Shown piece by piece: positions 57,788 to 64,000 of a stretch of DNA of 64,000 nucleotides. Numbering within the stretch: the first letter of the stretch is position 1; the number at the start of each line of letters is the position of its first letter. The notes under the pieces were generated by a model. It saw only the letters and a program-made list of their open reading frames with translations. It was not told the DNA's origin and did no database searches. The stretch comes from Alphaproteobacteria bacterium (GTDB lineage Bacteria > Pseudomonadota > Alphaproteobacteria > CALKHQ01): contig CBDDFZ010000002.1 in the NCBI GenBank assembly GCA_965227515.1, positions 96,001-160,000 of the forward strand, given 5' to 3'. The position numbers and the translations under genes are program-made.

Positions 57788-59086
57788 ATGCACCGTTCAA
57801 AGCTTACACGGCGTCGGTTCGTCGGAACGTCCGCGGCCGGTATCGCTGGTGGGGCCGCGCTGTCCAGCGGCGTTGCCGCGCCGGCGATCGCGCAGGACCG
57901 CACCATCAAGCTCGGCTATGTCAGCCCGCAGACCGGTCCGCTTGCCCCGTTCGGCGAGGCCGACAGCTATGTGGTGGGCGCCGTGCAGGAAGCGCTGGCC
58001 GGCGGGCTAAGTGCCGGCGGCCAGTCCTATCCTGTCGAGATCATCGTCAAGGACAGCCAGTCCAACCCCAACCGCGCGGCCGAGGTGGCGAGCGAGCTGA
58101 TTCTCGACGACGAGGTCGACATCATGCTGGTCGCCTCGACGCCGGAGACCACCAATCCCGTCTCCGACCAGTGCGAGATCAACGGTGTGCCCTGCATCTC
58201 GTCGGTGGCGCCGTGGCAGCCCTGGTTCTTCACCCGTGGCGGCGATCCGGCAGTGGGCTTCGAGTACACCTACCACTTCTTCTGGGGCCTGGAGGACGTG
58301 ATCGCCGTGTTCCTGAACATGTGGAACAAGGTGGACACCAACAAGTCGGTCGGCGGGCTGTTCCCGAACGACGGCGACGGCAATGCATGGGGCGACCCGG
58401 AACTCGGCTTCCCCAAGCCGCTGGCCGATGCCGGCTATTCGCTTGCCGACCCGGGCCGCTACCAGAACCTGAACGACGACTTCACCGCCTACATCTCCGC
58501 GTTCCAGGAGGCTAATGCAGAGATCATCACTGGCGTGATGATCCCGCCCGACTTCACCACTTTCTGGACCCAGTCCAAGCAACAGGGCTACACGCCGAAG
58601 GTGGCGTCTGTGGGCAAGGCGATCCTGTTCCCGGTGGCGGTGGAAGCGCTGGGCGACCAGGGTCACAACCTGTCGTCGGAGGTCTGGTGGACACCGTCCC
58701 ATCCATTCTCGTCGTCGCTGACCGGCCAGTCGGCCGGCGACCTGGCGGCGGCGTTCGAGGCCGGCACCGGCAAGCAATGGACTCAGCCGATCGGCTTCGT
58801 GCACGCGTTGTTCGAGGTTGCGGCGGCGGCGCTGGACGCGGCGGGCGGCCCCGGCGATCCCGACGCCTTGATCGCGGCACTGAAGGGCCTGCAACTCGAC
58901 ACCGTCGTCGGCCCCGTCGATTGGACCGCCGGCCCGGTGCCGACGGTCGCCAAGACGCCGCTGGTCGGCGGCCAGTGGCGGCTGACCGAGGGCGGTGAGC
59001 ACCAGTACGATATCGTCGTCACCGCCAACGAGACCGCACCCGACATTCCGCTCGGCGGGGACATGGAGGCGATCCCACAGGGCTGA
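57788..59086 (+). CDS. Branched-chain-type (HAAT) ABC substrate-binding protein, Tat signal
   Basis: TRRRFV, GYVSPQTGPLA, DSQS.P. Confidence 0.92.
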   Translation: MHRSKLTRRRFVGTSAAGIAGGAALSSGVAAPAIAQDRTIKLGYVSPQTGPLAPFGEADSYVVGAVQEALAGGLSAGGQSYPVEIIVKDSQSNPNRAAEVASELILDDEVDIMLVASTPETTNPVSDQCEINGVPCISSVAPWQPWFFTRGGDPAVGFEYTYHFFWGLEDVIAVFLNMWNKVDTNKSVGGLFPNDGDGNAWGDPELGFPKPLADAGYSLADPGRYQNLNDDFTAYISAFQEANAEIITGVMIPPDFTTFWTQSKQQGYTPKVASVGKAILFPVAVEALGDQGHNLSSEVWWTPSHPFSSSLTGQSAGDLAAAFEAGTGKQWTQPIGFVHALFEVAAAALDAAGGPGDPDALIAALKGLQLDTVVGPVDWTAGPVPTVAKTPLVGGQWRLTEGGEHQYDIVVTANETAPDIPLGGDMEAIPQG

Positions 59087-59147
59087 CGCGCTAGCCTCCG
59101 GTACCATATGTGCCGGCGGACGGGCATGGCCGGGATCGGGCGTTGTT

Positions 59148-59890
<743 letters not shown>

Positions 59891-59894
<4 letters not shown>

Positions 59895-60628
59895 GCGCCG
59901 CCACCGATACCATGGCCGACACCATGGCCGAGATCGTGCTGGAGACCCGCGGGCTGGAGGCGTTTTACGGCGACTTTCAGGCCCTGTTCGGTATCGACTT
60001 CATGATTGCGGCCGGGGAGACCATTGCCATCATCGGCGCAAATGGCGCCGGCAAGTCGACGTTCCTGCGCACGATCACCGGTTTGCTGTCCGCGCCGACC
60101 GATGCCGTGCACTTCCAGGGCACCGCCATCGGTGGCGCCTCGGCCCACCGTATCGCGCGCCAAGGGGTCGCGATGGTGCCGGAAGGCCGCCAGCTTTTCC
60201 CCTCGTTGACCGTCGAGGAAAACCTGCTGATGGGGCTGGAGGCCGGGCGCGCCGGCCACTGGACCAAGGAGAGAGTGTTCGAACTGTTCCCGGTCCTGGA
60301 GGAGCGGCGCGCGGCGCCGGGCACGGCGCTTTCCGGCGGCCAGCAGCAGATGGTCGCCATCGGCCGTGCGCTGCTGGCCAATCCGGTGCTGCTGCTCTGC
60401 GACGAGGTCAGCCTCGGACTGGCGCCCATCGTGATCAAGGACATCTACGCCGCCCTGCCTGCGATCCAGGCCCAGGGCACCAGTGTCGTCGTGGTCGAGC
60501 AGGACATCGGCCAGGCGATGGCGGTTGCCGACCGGGTCTACTGCTTCCAGGAGGGGCGGGTGTCGCTGACCGGGCGCCCGTCCGAGCTGACCCGCGACGC
60601 CATCACTCAAGCGTACTTCGGCGTGTGA
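59891..60628 (+). CDS. HAAT ABC ATP-binding protein (LivF-like)
   Basis: GANGAGKS, PEGR, LSGGQQQM, DE.SLGLAP. Confidence 0.92.
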
Positions 60629-60632
60629 CAGC

Positions 60633-61499
60633 ATGGAGTGGGTAAACGCCATCGTGCAGGGGGTCATGACCGGCGGGCTGTTCGCGCTGTTCGCGGCCGG
60701 CCTGTCGTTGATCTTCGGCGTCATGCGGCTGGTCAACCTGGCGCACGGCGACTTCATCATCCTGGGCTCGTTCATCGCCATTGCCGTCGTCGAGGCGGTT
60801 GCCGTCCACCCGCTGCTGACGCTGGTCATCGTCGTGCCGGTGATGTTCGCCATCGGCTACGCCCTGCAGAAGGGTCTGCTGAACCTGACGCTCGGCGACG
60901 ACATCATGCCGCCGTTGCTGGTGACGTTCGGGTTGTCGATCATCATCCAGAACGCGTTGCAGGAAACGTTCAGCGCCGATACCAGGCGGCTGCAGGCCGG
61001 CGGGCTGGAGACGGCGAGCCTGGATATCGCCGACGGGCTCGCCATCGGCTGGTTCCCGCTGTTGATCTTCGTGACCGCGATTGCCGTGATCGGCGGCCTT
61101 CAAGTCCTGTTCACCCGCACGTCCATAGGCCGCGTGTTCCGCGCCACATCCGACAACCAGACCACCGTCCAGTTGATGGGTGTCGACAACCGGCGCGTGT
61201 TCGCGCTGGCGATGGGGCTGGCGCTCGCCATCTGCGGCATCGCCGGCGTGCTGCTGGCGATCCGCACCAACGTCGCCCCGAACGTCGGGCCGGGCCGGCT
61301 GTTGTTCGCCTTCGAGGCGGTGATCATCGGCGGCCTCGGCAATCTGTGGGGCACCCTCGCCGGCGGGGTCATCCTGGGTGTCGCACAATCCATCGGCGCC
61401 AAGATCCACCCTGGCGTACAGATCCTGGCCGGCCACTTGGTATTCCTTGCTATCCTGGTGGTGCGGCCGGCTGGCATCTTCCCGAAGACGAGGGACTGA
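60633..61499 (+). CDS. HAAT ABC permease (LivH-like)
   Basis: GLSLIFG..RLVNLAHG, IIGGLG. Confidence 0.92.
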   Translation: MEWVNAIVQGVMTGGLFALFAAGLSLIFGVMRLVNLAHGDFIILGSFIAIAVVEAVAVHPLLTLVIVVPVMFAIGYALQKGLLNLTLGDDIMPPLLVTFGLSIIIQNALQETFSADTRRLQAGGLETASLDIADGLAIGWFPLLIFVTAIAVIGGLQVLFTRTSIGRVFRATSDNQTTVQLMGVDNRRVFALAMGLALAICGIAGVLLAIRTNVAPNVGPGRLLFAFEAVIIGGLGNLWGTLAGGVILGVAQSIGAKIHPGVQILAGHLVFLAILVVRPAGIFPKTRD

Positions 61500-61503
61500 G
61501 GCG

Positions 61504-62526
61504 GTGGCGGCCTATCGTATCGTCGTCATCGACCGCCGCAGCCGACTGGCGCTGATTGGCGTCGCGATCCTGCTGGCCGCGATCCTGAGCGGGCCGCTGT
61601 GGCTGGGCCGCGCAGACATGCGGCTCGCCATCGAGATCGCGAGTTACCTGACGCTGGCGACGATGTGGAACCTGCTCGCGGGCTATGCCGGCCTGGTGTC
61701 GGTTGGCCAGCAGGCGTTTGTTGGCCTCGGTGGATATGCCCTGTTCGCCGTGGTGGTCTTCCTCGGCTTCAACCCGCTGCTCGGGCTAGTGGTGGCGGGG
61801 CTGGCCGCCGCCGTGATCGCGGTGCCGACGGCCGCCGTCGCGTTCCGGCTGAAAGGCGCCTACTTCGCCATCGGAACCTGGGTCATCGCCGAGGTGTTCA
61901 TGCTCTCCATCGCCCAGGTCACCGCGCTCGGCGGCGGCTCCGGCATGTCGCTGCCGGCGGCGGCCGTCAGGGGGATTGCCGCAGACGCCGGGTGGCGCGA
62001 GGCGATCATGTACTTCGTCGCCGTGGGCATCGCCGCAGGCGCCATCGGCTTCGTCTACTGGCTGCTGCGGTCGCGCCAAGGTCTGGCCCTGACCGCGATC
62101 CGCGACAGCGAGGTGGCGTCTTCCAGCGTCGGTGTCGACACCGCGCGCACCAAGTACCTGATCTACATCGTGGCCGCCTTCGTCACCGGCATCGCCGGCG
62201 GCCTGATTTTCCTGTCCAAGCTGCGCATCTCGCCCGATGCCGCGTTCAACGTGGTCGACTGGACCGCCTATGTGATCTTCATCGTCGTTATCGGCGGGAT
62301 CGGGCGCATCGAGGGGCCCATCGTCGGCACGATTGTGTTCTTCGTCCTACGCGGCCTACTGGCCGACGAAGGCGCGATCTACCTGATCATCCTCGGCGCG
62401 TTGGCGCTGGTGGTGATGCTGAAGGCGCCGGTCGGGCTGTGGGGCCTGTTGTTGGAGCGAACCGGGTTCGAGGTGTTCCCGACCCGCCGTCGACTGGTAC
62501 GGACAGGCCCTGAGGACGGAACATGA
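61504..62526 (+). CDS. HAAT ABC permease (LivM-like)
   Basis: WNLLAGYAG.VS.G, G.YFAI.T, AIRD.E, IGG.G..EGP; GTG start. Confidence 0.92.
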   Translation: MAAYRIVVIDRRSRLALIGVAILLAAILSGPLWLGRADMRLAIEIASYLTLATMWNLLAGYAGLVSVGQQAFVGLGGYALFAVVVFLGFNPLLGLVVAGLAAAVIAVPTAAVAFRLKGAYFAIGTWVIAEVFMLSIAQVTALGGGSGMSLPAAAVRGIAADAGWREAIMYFVAVGIAAGAIGFVYWLLRSRQGLALTAIRDSEVASSSVGVDTARTKYLIYIVAAFVTGIAGGLIFLSKLRISPDAAFNVVDWTAYVIFIVVIGGIGRIEGPIVGTIVFFVLRGLLADEGAIYLIILGALALVVMLKAPVGLWGLLLERTGFEVFPTRRRLVRTGPEDGT

Positions 62527-62915
62527 CGGCGACCGACGCGCCCAACCGCGACTACTGGCGGCTGCGTCCCCGCGCGCCGATGCCGGGCACAGACCTGTGC
62601 GCGGTCGACGAGATCGAGGAGCCCGGCGCGCGCGAGTTCACCTTCGGCCGTGGCACCACTCAGTTTTCCATGTTCGTGGTGCGCGCGAACGGCGGCGTCT
62701 TCGGCTACGTCAACATCTGCCCGCACTACTCGTCGGCCTTGAACGCGCGCGCGAACGCGTTCCTGAACACGGACAAGACGCGCATCCGCTGCACCATGCA
62801 CTTCGCGGAGTTCCGTATCGAGGACGGCTTCGGCGTGGCCGGCGCGGCGGAGAACTGTTGGCTGGACCCGGTCCCGGTGGTCGAACGCGACGGCCGGCTG
62901 ATGATCGGGGATTAG
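62523..62915 (+). CDS. Rieske [2Fe-2S] ferredoxin
   Basis: CPH-x17-CTMH ligand motif; ATGA overlap with permease. Confidence 0.85.
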   Translation: MTATDAPNRDYWRLRPRAPMPGTDLCAVDEIEEPGAREFTFGRGTTQFSMFVVRANGGVFGYVNICPHYSSALNARANAFLNTDKTRIRCTMHFAEFRIEDGFGVAGAAENCWLDPVPVVERDGRLMIGD

Positions 62916-63943
62916 GTCCCGCGGCTGGGCAGGCGCAGGCGGGCGACCGCCATGCCGAGCGCGATGGCGACGCCCTCGATGACGAGCTGCACCGCCGTGG
63001 ACACGCCCAACATCTGCAGCACCTGGTTGAGATGGACCAGGAATAGCGCGGCGCCGGCGACCGAGATCATGCTGCCGATGCCACCGCTCATGGCGGTGCC
63101 GCCCAGCACGGCGGCTGCGATGGGCGCCAACAGGTACGGTGTGCCGACCTCCAGCGTCGGGTTGCGGATGAACGCCGACAGCAGGATGCCGACGATACCG
63201 TACAGAAGGCCGGCCATCGCATAGGCCGCGATCTGGTAGCCGGCGACGTTGACCCCGACGATGTGGGCGGCGCGCGGGTTGGCGCCCATGGCGCAGAAGC
63301 GCCGGCCGATCACCGACTTGCGCAGGATCAGAGTCATGGCGGCGACCAGCACCACCGCGGCCCAGACCGAGAAGTTGACACCGATCAGCCGCCACTCGCC
63401 CAGGTCGGCCAGCATCGGCGGCACCCGTGCCTCCGGCGGCAGGCCCTGCCGGTACCAGAGGGTCAATCCGCCCACCACCGCACCGATGGCGAGCGTGACG
63501 ATCAGGGCGTTGAGCTGCAGCACGCCGATCAGGAAGCCGTTGACCAGGCCCACCGCCACCGCCAGGGCCAGGGCCGCCAGTACCGCGGTGGCGACGTCGC
63601 TGTCCGCCCCGCCCGACACGCCGAGCAGGACCGTGCTCGACAGCGTGACGATCGCCGGTACCGACAGGTCGATGCCGCGCGCCATCAGCACGATGGCCTG
63701 GCCCATCGAGGCGATGGTCAGGAATGCGGCGAGCGGCAGGACCGCCAGCAGCGACGTGCCGAGCAGGCTGCGCGGCACGAAGATCGCGCTGAGGGCAATC
63801 AGGAGTGCAAGCGCGATCCAGATCGCCGCGAACTGCATCCGGAAGATGCTGCCGGCGGGGATGACATGCTGCTGCGATTGGGTGCGCGCGACCTCCGCCG
63901 ATGTCTCCGATGCGCCGAGGGGCGACTGCACGGCCGCGCCCAC
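62912..63943 (-). CDS. RbsC-type ABC permease
   Basis: GIDLSV, G.NP.AA, IAAAVLGG...GG.G. Confidence 0.9.
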   Translation of the reverse strand: MGAAVQSPLGASETSAEVARTQSQQHVIPAGSIFRMQFAAIWIALALLIALSAIFVPRSLLGTSLLAVLPLAAFLTIASMGQAIVLMARGIDLSVPAIVTLSSTVLLGVSGGADSDVATAVLAALALAVAVGLVNGFLIGVLQLNALIVTLAIGAVVGGLTLWYRQGLPPEARVPPMLADLGEWRLIGVNFSVWAAVVLVAAMTLILRKSVIGRRFCAMGANPRAAHIVGVNVAGYQIAAYAMAGLLYGIVGILLSAFIRNPTLEVGTPYLLAPIAAAVLGGTAMSGGIGSMISVAGAALFLVHLNQVLQMLGVSTAVQLVIEGVAIALGMAVARLRLPSRGT

Positions 63944-64000
63944 GCTACGCCGTGGCCCTGGCGCGACGAACGCCTGGCCCGCGCAGGCGCCGTACGACGC

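Noticed and set aside
59903-59931. Short repeat encoding TMADTMAE at the LivF-like N-terminus
   Set aside because: Two copies of a 12-bp unit in a variable N-terminus; probably slippage

Overview
High-GC, alphaproteobacterial-looking DNA (inferred from gene content) in two parts. (1) About 1-27.8 kb is the right-hand part of an accessory island. It holds a large copper/periplasmic-redox cluster: DUF305, MauE-like, MarR, ICMT-like, copB, CopA-type multicopper oxidase, cupredoxin, Crp/Fnr, Cu P1B-ATPase, cueR, cytochrome c'/diheme cytochrome c/second multicopper oxidase/cytochrome c, DUF411, DsbA, L,D-transpeptidase, CcdA-like and MFS. Five CueR-type operators are present, as are two small proline-tailed leader ORFs whose 3' ends base-pair with the next gene's ribosome-binding site. 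These are followed by a decayed IS1595-family element, a Gabija-type OLD nuclease/UvrD pair, and a ParB-methyltransferase/DUF5681 module preceded by a helically phased (A/T)TCCC array and a tRNA-3'-like boundary motif. (2) About 28-64 kb is catabolic: four sugar ABC systems with GH51 and GH127 arabinofuranosidases (ArsR-type and LacI regulators), a dead ECF sigma/anti-sigma pair cut by an IS3 remnant, and an IclR-controlled hydroquinone ring-cleavage operon with a branched-chain-type ABC transporter and a Rieske ferredoxin. No rRNA, intact tRNA or CRISPR array was seen. All calls are from motif recognition by eye; no database search or folding program was run.
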